From positions 229,318-293,317 of the IMG/VR virus record IMGVR_UViG_3300014208_000001: a stretch of 64,000 nt of DNA, one strand, 5' to 3'. The notes under the pieces are model-generated. The model ran no database searches and was not told the DNA's origin. It saw only the letters and a list, made by a program, of their open reading frames with translations. The position numbers were made by a program, and so were the translations under genes. This DNA comes from a virus (taxonomy: Duplodnaviria > Heunggongvirae > Uroviricota > Caudoviricetes). How positions within the stretch are numbered: position 1 is the first letter of the stretch; every line of letters begins with the position of its first letter. Below are positions 20,550 through 29,680 of this stretch, one piece after another.

Positions 20550-20984
20550 TTATTCCTTATATAATTTATCTTCAAAAATGTTATACTTATACTCATCACC
20601 ATTTATGTGCCATATTATATCAACACAATTTCTAGTGGCACCAAGCCATCTTTCAATTAACTGATCTAACCACGGCAATGCCACATTAGCTTTTAAGCTA
20701 TATGGCTTACATTCACGTCCATTAATAACAATACCAGACGAAGCAGATTCTATATTCATCCTCGCTTTAATCAACTCAAATCCATCTCGTAACGTTTCTT
20801 TCTTCGATTTGTGCTTAACATTAGCTTTAATATGATATGTAGTTGGCGTTTCATTTTCTGATAATCCAGAAAAATTAGTATCTATACTTAGATCATCACT
20901 ATTATTAGATAAACTCTTAATCACATAAATTATGTCATCGACACTTTTAATCGATGGAGGATCATAAATACTACTCATTTTCAC
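20550..20984 (-). CDS. Hypothetical protein
   Basis: 144 aa ORF in the operon. Confidence 0.5.
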   Translation of the reverse strand: MKMSSIYDPPSIKSVDDIIYVIKSLSNNSDDLSIDTNFSGLSENETPTTYHIKANVKHKSKKETLRDGFELIKARMNIESASSGIVINGRECKPYSLKANVALPWLDQLIERWLGATRNCVDIIWHINGDEYKYNIFEDKLYKE

Positions 20985-21354
20985 TCTCTTTCATTTTCAT
21001 TTCAACATCAAGAGATATAACTCTCCCTTTGGTGAATACTTGAATACCCACATGAAAAATATTAGCCAATCTATGAATAACGAACACCAATATTGCCCAC
21101 TTTATCAAATTATTATTAGTAATCATTTGATTATACATCATACTATATACAACAATAGCTGATACCCAAACACTTAAACAATATCCACAAGATGTTAATT
21201 TATACAGAAATAAATAGATTGAATTATTTTCTGGCACATCTGGAAATGCTTTTATTGCTATATATTTTCTTATTGGTTCAAATAATTTAGAATCCACCAA
21301 TATTTCGGTTATAGCTTCAGTAGCTATGGCTGCTATAAGTATTTCTAAGATCAT
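20971..21354 (-). CDS. Membrane protein (DUF1360-like)
   Basis: Hydrophobic helices with L.SCGYC.SVW motif. Confidence 0.55.
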   Translation of the reverse strand: MILEILIAAIATEAITEILVDSKLFEPIRKYIAIKAFPDVPENNSIYLFLYKLTSCGYCLSVWVSAIVVYSMMYNQMITNNNLIKWAILVFVIHRLANIFHVGIQVFTKGRVISLDVEMKMKESENE

Positions 21355-21587
21355 TTTACTCTACAATTAGCATTAGAGCATTTACGATATGAAACTCCAT
21401 TATTAGTTACAGTCATCATTGGAAAACCGCATGTACACATACTTGGGGCATCAATTGTTTGACGTTTTATCGTTAACTTATTGATATTGCTATCTTTAGC
21501 CATGCGTTGAATAATAACTGGCTGCTTAGTTCTTGGTGATGACACAACTTGCGTTTTTATTGGGACCGATTTTCCTGTACAACACAT
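21351..21587 (-). CDS. Small Cys-rich (zinc ribbon) protein
   Basis: MCC start, C.CG..M....C....C. Confidence 0.5.
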   Translation of the reverse strand: MCCTGKSVPIKTQVVSSPRTKQPVIIQRMAKDSNINKLTIKRQTIDAPSMCTCGFPMMTVTNNGVSYRKCSNANCRVK

Positions 21588-21710
21588 AATTATATCCTAT
21601 GCTTATTAACCTCATTTTTAGCAGCATTTTTAATATTTTTGGCGGATACTGGTCTAATAACCCTAATTGGATTAGGGGTTTTAATCGGTGTAATAGCAAT
21701 GGTTCCACAA

Positions 21711-22370
21711 TTACACATTATTCAATTTCAACAAATCTGATTTTACATTTTCGCGAAAATCATCCCATCGCATTAAAATTGGTGTTGGTAATTTCATATC
21801 AACAACCACTTTATTTTTCTTAGAATGTGATATATCAATCTCAATAGTATCAATCGTATCATATGCGTGATATATAAAATGTGGAAAATTAATATGGTTA
21901 GTTAACTTTAATAATCCAGATCTCGGCATAGCAATCCATTCATAATTAGTATGTGGTTTAAAAAATAGCCATGGATATACTAAATATCCTCTTGACTTCT
22001 CTAAAATCATAGCATCATAACTTACTTGACCCCACCATTTAGTAAATATCCCATTTGTCGGATTCATTAACATACTATTCATAGTAAATCCAGCACCGCA
22101 CTTTGCTTCGATAGAAAATGGTATATCATATGATGCCGGAATAACATCAGATGTGGATTCACGGTCAACAATAGTTGAATCTCTTCCTTCTACTCTACGA
22201 CGTCTAAACTCAGTTCCACTCCATTCGGTTAATAATTTAGCAACTCTGCGTTCGAATGTTTTGCCACGTCTACTATTAGACTTACCAACTTTTGAACGTT
22301 TCTCAAACAGTTCATCTTCTTCTTTTGTCATTATTTGTCTCCTATAACACCTATTTACAAATATAAACAA
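21711..22370 (-). CDS. Holliday junction resolvase-like PD-(D/E)XK nuclease
   Basis: GK.FERRVAK.L, SDVI, SIEAK; probable start 22331. Confidence 0.7.
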   Translation of the reverse strand: MFIFVNRCYRRQIMTKEEDELFEKRSKVGKSNSRRGKTFERRVAKLLTEWSGTEFRRRRVEGRDSTIVDRESTSDVIPASYDIPFSIEAKCGAGFTMNSMLMNPTNGIFTKWWGQVSYDAMILEKSRGYLVYPWLFFKPHTNYEWIAMPRSGLLKLTNHINFPHFIYHAYDTIDTIEIDISHSKKNKVVVDMKLPTPILMRWDDFRENVKSDLLKLNNV

Positions 22371-22427
22371 TTAATCAAATATAGCGATTGTTGATTTTAA
22401 AGTATCCAATATATAATATATCACATG

Positions 22428-23117
22428 TTAGCTCTTAAATCTATCAGCTTTGCTCCATGACCCTATATGAGTTGGGACATCAGATAAATCATATTTCCTG
22501 CCATTTAAATAATCTAAATCTTTAGTATACTCTGGCCTCGAACGTTTAGCAAGCCATGCACCATATTCAGGCGGCATATTATCGTGATTAACCAACGTAG
22601 CTGCACCACCATACCCTTTATATAGAAACATTTGAGCGATAGGTTGTCCTTTGAAAACAATAAACTCACCTGGCCTATTCAACATAAAAACTAATCCAAA
22701 GTTAGCAACACTCCACCATGCTTCGATACATGCCTCCATACATGTGAAAAATGGAAATCTTTCATTTGGTATATTTTTAATATAAATAAAATCACCAGGT
22801 TCATCAGTCATAACCACAAATTTAGGTTGCACAACGAACCCGCCAAATGTAGCGTGTACATCAACTTCATAATGATGTGACTTGTCTATATGTTCTATTA
22901 TACAATCTGACTGAATATCTCCATCCCAAATAATTTTAAATGTTCCTGGTGATAATATGTAATATCCTAAACTATTGGCCATTGTCAATGGTTGACAATG
23001 TTTAGCATGATTTACAGTTTTTGGATTGTCTTCCCACCAATTTTTTAACTTTGATGCTTGAATTGGTGCTAGTGACATATCATATGGTTGTATATAATGG
23101 ACATGTATATTATTCAT
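22428..23117 (-). CDS. DUF6065-like protein
   Basis: HCQPLTMANSLGY.ILSP, WWS..NF, F.KGQPIAQ. Confidence 0.55.
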   Translation of the reverse strand: MNNIHVHYIQPYDMSLAPIQASKLKNWWEDNPKTVNHAKHCQPLTMANSLGYYILSPGTFKIIWDGDIQSDCIIEHIDKSHHYEVDVHATFGGFVVQPKFVVMTDEPGDFIYIKNIPNERFPFFTCMEACIEAWWSVANFGLVFMLNRPGEFIVFKGQPIAQMFLYKGYGGAATLVNHDNMPPEYGAWLAKRSRPEYTKDLDYLNGRKYDLSDVPTHIGSWSKADRFKS

Positions 23118-23926
23118 TTTAATTTCCTAAAATGCGGCGCGTAGTTATTATGTTCCATTAAATACGACGTTAATTTTAACTCTTTACATGAATCTATTAT
23201 TTTTTGATTATCATAATTTACAATTTTCGATAAAATATCCATACAATATAATTTATTAATCATCAAATGTGGGCATACCGACAAATCAACCAATACCATA
23301 TTAAATTTAAATTTTTCTTTATTATCTTTAGAGAAATCATAAAAGCCATATTTTGACTCTAATAAAGCAGTGGCTTTCTTATCGCCTATTCCACGGAATC
23401 CCTCAATAGTATCTGATTTGTCACCAGTCAATATTTTCATATATACTGGATCATGTTCTGGTTTCTTAACTTCACAATTGGTTGATGAGTTAAATAAGGT
23501 CACATTATTATACCTATATATTATTTGAGCCATATCTCCGTCGGTTGAAACTATTGCGATATTTTGTGGATATAAAACATTAACAGCAGCGTATATTAGA
23601 TCATCGGCTTCCATTGATTTTTTGCTATATTGCCTAATTCCCATATTATTAAATAATATTTGTGCTTGATTAATTGTTTTTTCTATTTCTGGCTTTATAT
23701 TTTCAATATATTCATTACCTTCTCTGTCTTTATATGTTGGGTGTATTTTACGACGCCATACTTCTGCTCTAGGAGCATCCCAAAATACATGCACGCTATC
23801 TGGATTATACTTTATCATCCACGATGCGATTTGCCTTATTAAGTATGTAAATGATAATCCTTTACTCTTTTGTGAGGCGTATACCGCTCTATATATCGCA
23901 TTTTTACCATCAATAAATAAATGCAT
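23114..23926 (-). CDS. rnh: 5'-3' exonuclease / RNase H (T4 rnh-like, FEN family)
   Basis: FIDGKN, FWD, EADD, STDGDM, GDKSD.I.G..GIG.K.A. Confidence 0.9.
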   Translation of the reverse strand: MHLFIDGKNAIYRAVYASQKSKGLSFTYLIRQIASWMIKYNPDSVHVFWDAPRAEVWRRKIHPTYKDREGNEYIENIKPEIEKTINQAQILFNNMGIRQYSKKSMEADDLIYAAVNVLYPQNIAIVSTDGDMAQIIYRYNNVTLFNSSTNCEVKKPEHDPVYMKILTGDKSDTIEGFRGIGDKKATALLESKYGFYDFSKDNKEKFKFNMVLVDLSVCPHLMINKLYCMDILSKIVNYDNQKIIDSCKELKLTSYLMEHNNYAPHFRKLK

Positions 23927-23994
23927 GTTAACCTCTACAAAAACGGCCTCAACATTGCTGTTGAGGCCGTCTTAATCACCCATCCATGTTGTGA

Positions 23995-25005
23995 TTATTC
24001 GTCGTCGCTGTCTGCGTTCATAGCAGCCATCAACCTATCAACTTCATCTCCGTCGTCATCGAATGGTGCATCCGAAGCCTTCGGCTTAACATCCTGTGCT
24101 TTCGGCTTCACAGAAGCAGAAGAACGTCCCGTTGGGATTTCTACAGCCTCTTCGAGAGTGTCAGCTTTCTTAGCATCTGACAGTTTAACAGGCTTGGTAT
24201 CATCTTCGTCAAATCCGCCATTGCTATCATCATCACCATTGACGATCTGATTTGCAATTTTAGCTATGACAGCAGAGTCAACATCCTGCAATTTGGTGAA
24301 AAGATCAATTCTTCTATCAAGAATCGATTGAATATCAGATTCTTCGGCTATTGGCCGAGATCCTTTTTCACCAACTATGAATTTCGATTGAGAATAACTA
24401 TTGTTCTGCCCATTCTTATTAACAGTTAACTGAAATAAGTAAGACGACTTCTCATCGAAAAACACACCAAAAGCTTGTGGGTCTTCTGGATCACCAGGAC
24501 CATCACGATTGATAGCATCACTCCACAATTTAAAGCATGTATGTGGCGCAGCAAAATATCTTACTTGTTTTCGAAGTTCTTCTGGATTAGATTTCGAATC
24601 AGTAAAATAAATATTGACCATTTGGGATGCTGTCGGCATCGCCACTTGCTTAACTTGTGTTCGAGCTTGAACATCATCCTTTGGAATATTGGCTAACATT
24701 TTAAACCCAGCATCACATACTGGACACTGTTCGCCATGAATTATTCTAGGACACCCATATGGACGATTGTTGACCCAGTGAACACCATTCTGGACAGAAA
24801 ATAATTCCATATTCTTGCTTGCCTTACCACCATGGCATTTATCACCTTGGCTTAAGGGTGGCAAGATAAAAAATCTGTACATTAATACTTCGCCATCAGC
24901 CGCCTTCTTTGGTTTAAATTCAAGCGGATCACTGCGTTTTCCAGCAGCGTCTTGAATCTTTTTGCGAATCGCACTCAAATCATACGCCATAATCAATCCT
25001 TTCAA
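23995..25005 (-). CDS. Single-stranded DNA-binding protein (T4 gp32-like)
   Basis: RFFILPP, C....G..CPVC, Y..SKF, acidic C-terminal tail. Confidence 0.8.
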   Translation of the reverse strand: MKGLIMAYDLSAIRKKIQDAAGKRSDPLEFKPKKAADGEVLMYRFFILPPLSQGDKCHGGKASKNMELFSVQNGVHWVNNRPYGCPRIIHGEQCPVCDAGFKMLANIPKDDVQARTQVKQVAMPTASQMVNIYFTDSKSNPEELRKQVRYFAAPHTCFKLWSDAINRDGPGDPEDPQAFGVFFDEKSSYLFQLTVNKNGQNNSYSQSKFIVGEKGSRPIAEESDIQSILDRRIDLFTKLQDVDSAVIAKIANQIVNGDDDSNGGFDEDDTKPVKLSDAKKADTLEEAVEIPTGRSSASVKPKAQDVKPKASDAPFDDDGDEVDRLMAAMNADSDDE

Positions 25006-25061
25006 CTATGCAAAATTGGCAACCAAACCATGCTTTTTAAATACGTCAAAGAGTTCAACTA

Positions 25062-25592
25062 TTATCTACTTTGTTCTTGCTTCTTAAAACCAGCAAGAGA
25101 TCTTAAATTATCGCATTTCATTTTTAACGCTTCGATTTTATACCACAATTTTCCAACATTCTTCTGTAATATCATATATTGGAATTCTAACTTATTTATA
25201 TTATCATCCTTTTCAACTAACCGCTCAATGACTTTTTCGGTCAATTTTGTATTATCTGCTTTAGCCTGATCGATAATAGCTTGATATAATCTGCCACGTT
25301 TAGCTTTAATTTTACGTTCTGCTATAGCCACATTCATTTTAAGCTCTGAATATATCGCACCATAAAATGCAAATATAGATGGTATATCTTCTAATTGATT
25401 TTCTATTTCTTCATATATAATATCTAAATCATTAAGCATATTAATTGTGATTTTAGTACCATTTTCAAGATTAATATTAAAAATTATAGCTTCAGAATCT
25501 AATATAGCAGCCGATTCTTCATTAATCCATTTTGGTCTGTCCATTTTATTTCCTATAAATTTTAAATTCTCGCCATGCTTTCCATTTACCAA
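25062..25592 (-). CDS. UvsY-like recombination mediator
   Basis: Helical protein with AL.MK..NLR C-terminus, directly upstream of the SSB. Confidence 0.55.
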   Translation of the reverse strand: MVNGKHGENLKFIGNKMDRPKWINEESAAILDSEAIIFNINLENGTKITINMLNDLDIIYEEIENQLEDIPSIFAFYGAIYSELKMNVAIAERKIKAKRGRLYQAIIDQAKADNTKLTEKVIERLVEKDDNINKLEFQYMILQKNVGKLWYKIEALKMKCDNLRSLAGFKKQEQSR

Positions 25593-26727
25593 TACTTACT
25601 TTAACAGGAAATATTATATCACCTTCTAAAATCCCATCAAATGGCCGCATCATAATATCTTTAGCAATCTTAATAGTTGTCTTAATCTCATTAACATCAT
25701 TATGACACATTATTGGAATAGAATCATGAATTTCAGTAATCAATCTATCGCCAAATACATCATATAATCTTGGCAATATAGCGTGCATAGCATGTGCTGT
25801 TGATCCCTGCATAGCACTATTAATTAATGATTTACTATTCCTTGCTTCTGATGCTTTAAACACACGCCCAAGTATAGATTTAACGTCATTGCCAGCATTT
25901 ATACTATCCCACATAGTATTAATCCACACACCGAGATTCTTATAAATATCAAACACTGGACTATTATCTAAAATGCCATTAATCGATCTTAACATAAATA
26001 TTTTAGTTTCTGATCGTGATAATTTATCATCATCGTCATTGTCTAAATTAAAAACATCCATTAAATATGTGTATGGATCAGATTCAAAAAATGAAGACTC
26101 GAGCACTTTATCATTTGATAGAATGGATGCCATTCTAAAATCAGCAGATAACCAGTCTAATGCAACAATGATATCAGTATCGTTGGATGATACTGCTCTA
26201 ATATTATCATCAACAATAGCGCCTTGAACATTAAAACCAGAGCATTTACTTCTACCAGTAAATGTATTATTAGACCATTTAGTTGACATATGTGTATAAT
26301 GCGATAAAACACCATTAGTTTCAAATGCTTTATAAACTCTAGCAGCTTTAGCCAATACATTTTGATATATTGCGGGTTCAGAACATTTATTTAACTTATC
26401 TTTTATCGCTTTCTTATCTCCATCAAATGTCCCATCGGTATCGAATAAATATATATGACAATCATATATATTTGTATGATTTACTGATTCTAAAATCGGA
26501 AATGCATAATAGTGTGATTTCAAATCATTAAATATAATTGTATTATTATGATCTATAATACTAATGAATAGTTCAGTCAATTCTTCTATTTTTTTATTGA
26601 TATCTTTAATTAATTTGTTAGCGCCATGTCTATATAAGTCAAAATATTTATCTTTACCATTATATCTTATACCAATTGTTCGTGGTTTATTTTTGTCAAA
26701 TATTGTTATAACATATAAATTACTCAC
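25546..26727 (-). CDS. Short divergent family A DNA polymerase
   Basis: TGR, NVQ, motif A DWLSADFR, motif B RSETKIFMLRSING, N..MQG..AH, motif C IHDS. Confidence 0.75.
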   Translation of the reverse strand: MSNLYVITIFDKNKPRTIGIRYNGKDKYFDLYRHGANKLIKDINKKIEELTELFISIIDHNNTIIFNDLKSHYYAFPILESVNHTNIYDCHIYLFDTDGTFDGDKKAIKDKLNKCSEPAIYQNVLAKAARVYKAFETNGVLSHYTHMSTKWSNNTFTGRSKCSGFNVQGAIVDDNIRAVSSNDTDIIVALDWLSADFRMASILSNDKVLESSFFESDPYTYLMDVFNLDNDDDDKLSRSETKIFMLRSINGILDNSPVFDIYKNLGVWINTMWDSINAGNDVKSILGRVFKASEARNSKSLINSAMQGSTAHAMHAILPRLYDVFGDRLITEIHDSIPIMCHNDVNEIKTTIKIAKDIMMRPFDGILEGDIIFPVKVSIGKWKAWREFKIYRK

Positions 26728-26772
26728 CTATATGCCTCAAAAATGACCATGTGTCATTTTAAAATACGATAT

Positions 26773-27240
26773 TTAAGACGACACAGCTTTATCAACTGCA
26801 TCCTGTGTAATATTTTTCATATCAACTATATTAGTCTTAGATTTTTTAGGTTTCTTAAATTTTTTAACCATATCATCAACTTCACCCGGTTGACGCATAT
26901 CATCATATGGATCTATTGTTTTACCTTCAGAATCTTTGGCAGTTAAATGATAGATATTCATATCTCTTTTAGCGCCGGCTCTATCATTAACTAATCCACT
27001 GCCTCTAACAAATACTGTCGGCCTATATAACCATATGGCATCCCCAGACGTTACATCAGATACTTTGCATCTCGGACACGTCATCGCTGTAATTTTCTGC
27101 GCATCTGTGTATGATATGCCGACATACGTTTCATAAACAGCTTTATCGGCATACACAGCCGCAATCTCATTAGTCAATCCTTGTGAATCGTCTAACTTAA
27201 GAGATTTTTTACATGTATTGCATACTATTAATTTATGCAT
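26773..27240 (-). CDS. FmdB-like zinc ribbon protein
   Basis: CNTC...CPRC followed by P.VF.RG.G. Confidence 0.5.
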   Translation of the reverse strand: MHKLIVCNTCKKSLKLDDSQGLTNEIAAVYADKAVYETYVGISYTDAQKITAMTCPRCKVSDVTSGDAIWLYRPTVFVRGSGLVNDRAGAKRDMNIYHLTAKDSEGKTIDPYDDMRQPGEVDDMVKKFKKPKKSKTNIVDMKNITQDAVDKAVSS

Positions 27241-27674
27241 TATTCCTCAACAATTTCGAATTCGATACTTGGCAATTTAGAAATCAAATTACGTTCAAAT
27301 ACCATAGCTATTTTCTTATTGGCATAAAATCCAGTAGATGGCATTATTTCTTCAACGATATCACGTATCCTGAATGTTACTTTATCGCCAAGAGCAACTT
27401 GTGATGGCAATCTACTATCACCAGCGATTATGCCATTACCAACACCAACAACAACTCCTTCATTTTTGTATTTGCTTGAATCAGTCAATGCGATAGTCGA
27501 CTCATTGCTTTCAAGAAGTATAGCAACCCATTCATTCAAGCATTTAATTGCTCTGATTTTGATAGGTCCTGATTGCGTAGCGGTCTCATTACTTGTCGGC
27601 ATCATGATATGCGACATATGCGAATTATCGCTTGATTCCATTGCTTTGAGAAGTTCTGATTTCGGAATTGCCAT
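27240..27674 (-). CDS. groES: Co-chaperonin GroES (gp31 analogue)
   Basis: IKCLNEWVAI, EGVVVGVGNG, V.LGDKV.F. Confidence 0.75.
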   Translation of the reverse strand: MAIPKSELLKAMESSDNSHMSHIMMPTSNETATQSGPIKIRAIKCLNEWVAILLESNESTIALTDSSKYKNEGVVVGVGNGIIAGDSRLPSQVALGDKVTFRIRDIVEEIMPSTGFYANKKIAMVFERNLISKLPSIEFEIVEE

Positions 27675-27682
27675 TTTAAACC

Positions 27683-27889
27683 TTATCTCGTTAAACTGTA
27701 CTGCAAGTAATGCAAATTTTGATCAAGTGATTTGTAGTCGTGTATAACGACACTATATTTACTAAACAATTCTTTAAAAGTAAATGTATCAAATATGTTA
27801 GTTTTAACTGTTAAATTCTGGAAATCATCCCCAATACTTATTTCTTCAATTGGAATGATTTTCACAAGGTTTTGTATCATCTGGTCCAT
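27683..27889 (-). CDS. Hypothetical protein
   Basis: 68 aa ORF in the operon. Confidence 0.4.
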   Translation of the reverse strand: MDQMIQNLVKIIPIEEISIGDDFQNLTVKTNIFDTFTFKELFSKYSVVIHDYKSLDQNLHYLQYSLTR

Positions 27890-28034
27890 ACGTGATCTTC
27901 ACCTTTCGCGATGTAATAAGCGGTGCGTTCGGTACCATGATGCATCCGGCGGCATCGACAGTAAATCCTGATCGCTTAATTGTAGCGGCAATTGTTTTTG
28001 AGACATCTGCTTCAATAGTAATCATCAATTTCAT
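27846..28034 (-). CDS. Hypothetical protein
   Basis: 62 aa ORF coupled to the helicase stop. Confidence 0.4.
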   Translation of the reverse strand: MKLMITIEADVSKTIAATIKRSGFTVDAAGCIMVPNAPLITSRKVKITYGPDDTKPCENHSN

Positions 28035-29365
28035 TAAACAGACTCTTTAATCAAAGACTTTTGGTAGTACACATCACAATGAACAATTCGATGTTTGGGA
28101 CCATTACGATTTTTACAAACAAAAAATCGCATTTTAGGTGGGTCTGGCTGCCTTTCTTCTTCTGATTGATTAAGACTAATAATATAATCTAAAGGCATAG
28201 TTTTACCATAACTCTCAGCAGAATTATCTAATCCTATTAAATCTGCAGTAGTACCGCTTCTATTGGTTTGCGTAGCTGTGAAGATCAAAGCATTTTCATT
28301 TTTGGCTAATCCTCTGATTTCAGTTGATACGTGTTTTTGCCTTTGGTATTCGTCTTTATTATAATACGCATGTCTACTTGTCATTAATTCAAGATAATCA
28401 ATGACTATAACATCAGGATGCCATCCTTTAGTACGTCTAAGTTCATCTATAATAGCATATATATCATTTACGCTACATTCATCTGGCGGTAACTCACAAA
28501 TATATAAATCAGTATTGAATTTTGATTTTATACTTTGAATTTTATTGTTTACTTCTTCTTTATTATTTGGTATTCCAACAATATTTGTATCTGTAATAGC
28601 ACCAACACATCGTAATGCGGTTTTGATATAATCAAGTTCAAATGTTACTAATAATACATTTTGACCATATATCCCTTCGTCTTGATTTACATATTTTAGA
28701 GATTCGACAGCACTAACACATAACGCTATTGATTTACCAACATTTGTTGGTGCCATATAGCATACTACTTCTTTTGGTGATGGTCCACCATTATTTAATA
28801 TTTCATCTAATTGTTTAAATCCAGTTGTTCTATGCTGAACAGCAGTCGGTTCAAATAGTCTATTAAATTCTTCTAAAAACCATATACCTTTAGCTTTAGC
28901 ATCAGTTACTCTATTAGCTTTATCGATTAAATCATCGATATACTTATAATCACCAGTTATAAACGCGTTATGTGCTTCATCTTCAAATAATAATGCATAT
29001 GTTTTATGTTTTGACCATTTAATAAGAGAATCTTTAATAAATGGTACTTCTCTCGGATTTGATTTAGTACCGATTAACTCAAATATTTCATCATATGGAT
29101 CATCTTCTGTTAATTGGTCTTCAAGCAACCTCTTACATATTGGTCTAGTTGGAATATGCGAATATTGTTCATGATAATTTAAGATCGTTGCGATTGTGTA
29201 TTTAGCGGCTGGACTATTAAACAATAATGGATCTAAATATTTTAATGCTGTCGAAAAAAATTCTGGAAAATCAAATGCTAATGATATTATAGCATTTTCT
29301 TCATGTATAGAAAATGGGTGTTCATCTTTTGACTTTAATTCTTTAAGCTTATCAAGTGCACTCAT
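28034..29365 (-). CDS. Replicative helicase (T4 gp41 / DnaB family)
   Basis: Walker A APTNVGKS, IVIDYLELM, TATQTNR, KNRNG. Confidence 0.92.
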   Translation of the reverse strand: MSALDKLKELKSKDEHPFSIHEENAIISLAFDFPEFFSTALKYLDPLLFNSPAAKYTIATILNYHEQYSHIPTRPICKRLLEDQLTEDDPYDEIFELIGTKSNPREVPFIKDSLIKWSKHKTYALLFEDEAHNAFITGDYKYIDDLIDKANRVTDAKAKGIWFLEEFNRLFEPTAVQHRTTGFKQLDEILNNGGPSPKEVVCYMAPTNVGKSIALCVSAVESLKYVNQDEGIYGQNVLLVTFELDYIKTALRCVGAITDTNIVGIPNNKEEVNNKIQSIKSKFNTDLYICELPPDECSVNDIYAIIDELRRTKGWHPDVIVIDYLELMTSRHAYYNKDEYQRQKHVSTEIRGLAKNENALIFTATQTNRSGTTADLIGLDNSAESYGKTMPLDYIISLNQSEEERQPDPPKMRFFVCKNRNGPKHRIVHCDVYYQKSLIKESV

Positions 29366-29680
29366 TTATCCACACAATGATGCTAATTGACTATCGATTG
29401 CGCTTAACCTAAGTTCATAATAACTTCTAGCAAGTCGCAATGCAGAGCAAACATCAACAAATTCCGATTCTGAAAAATACAAAACAGAACCGTTTACAAT
29501 ATTAACTCTGTCACCATACGTAGCATTTCCAATTGGTAATGATGGGCCAGCTGATACTGTGTATACCCACTCACTAGCATTCTTAGTGATCCCGGTGATT
29601 CTTACTGGCTCTAAATATCCTATTTGTGCCGATTCTGCTAAGTATACTGCATCACCAATATCATATAATGGACTACTCAT
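29366..29680 (-). CDS. Hypothetical protein
   Basis: 104 aa ORF between recA and the helicase. Confidence 0.55.
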   Translation of the reverse strand: MSSPLYDIGDAVYLAESAQIGYLEPVRITGITKNASEWVYTVSAGPSLPIGNATYGDRVNIVNGSVLYFSESEFVDVCSALRLARSYYELRLSAIDSQLASLCG

